Origin: Takakia lepidozioides
Taxonomy: Eukaryota > Plantae > Bryophyta
Reading direction: 5' to 3'
Assembly (NCBI GenBank): GCA_030704615.1
Contig: CM060732.1
Span: 39,928,001-39,992,000, forward strand
Length of the DNA stretch: 64,000 bases
Shown: piece by piece, positions 63,349 to 64,000 of the stretch
Layout: every line of letters starts with the position of its first letter
Numbering within the stretch: the stretch's first letter is position 1
Made by a program: the position numbers and the translations under genes
Notes under the pieces: generated by a model
The model's database searches: none
Seen by the model: only the letters and a program-made list of their open reading frames with translations
What the model was told of the DNA's origin: nothing

Positions 63349-64000
63349 TTAACCAAAGCTAAATCCACCAGAAGGAACAGCTGGCTGGTTCCCACCAAAC
63401 ATGAAGCCCGGCTGAGCTGCATCACCAGAAGGAGCCAAATTTTGTTCGTCATCATCCTCCAACCAGTATGTCTCCAATATTTTGACAGCCTTCTCATAGA
63501 TCTCATTGTTGTCATGAGTCTGCAAGTTCTCAATCTTCTCCAGACCTTCAGCCTCATCAATATAGCGTGCATACAGATTGATGCCATTAGTTCCTCCAAG
63601 GTCCTTATCTGCCTCTCCCACCTTCAGTATGTTCTCAAGACCTTCCAAAGAGACTGTGACAATCCTTGGATCAGGGCATGTAAGCAGATCACACAACGGC
63701 TTGATGCACCCTTGATTCACAAGGTACCTGCAGTGAACATAAGACCACATCCAAATTAACTGCCCGGAGATAACTTTTATGTATAAGGTGCCATCACAAG
63801 CAGATGCTTTAGTTAGTCAGGCAAGAAAAACACACTATGAAGATAAGACAACAATATAAGCTCACCAATGACTGCTGTATAGAAAACAATGATCTCCAAC
63901 TTACTTGATCTGATCATGTGTCCCGCCTGACGTTGCATTAGAGATGGCCCAAGCTGCCTCTTTTTTAATATCAAATTCAGCAGTTGCCAGCAGAGAGACC
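63349..64000 (-). CDS. IMPA: Importin alpha, 3' portion (exons >64000-63905 and 63727-63349); gene continues beyond the window
   Basis: [89 protein letters not shown] and terminal GGFSFG. Confidence 0.97.

Overview
Eukaryotic nuclear DNA from a land plant. An IFT144/WDR19 flagellar-gene fragment and a PLS-DYW editing factor point to a lineage with flagellated sperm (bryophyte, lycophyte or fern); this is inference. Intact spliced genes: a pectin methylesterase, RNA polymerase subunits RPB5 and RPB9, an uncharacterised HARE-HTH + WRC zinc-finger protein, a calmodulin-dependent NAD kinase (zeta-toxin fold), RIQ1-like DUF1118, an intronless PPR-DYW editing factor and the 3' end of importin alpha. 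Intergenic DNA holds many transposons that can be delimited by terminal repeats and target-site duplications (TSDs): a full-length but broken pogo element, hAT-, MULE- and Harbinger-type MITEs, two piggyBac-like elements, LINE and Ty3/gypsy fragments, and palindrome-rich tandem arrays. The most notable findings are: a ~710-bp non-coding repeat whose two copies carry four independent insertions within ~180 bp of each other; piggyBac-like MITEs in a plant; the HARE-HTH/WRC architecture; an orphan IFT144 exon; and UBP3/4-like remnants upstream of the PPR gene. No CRISPR array, rRNA or intact tRNA was seen. Family assignments come from motif recognition and recall, not database searches.
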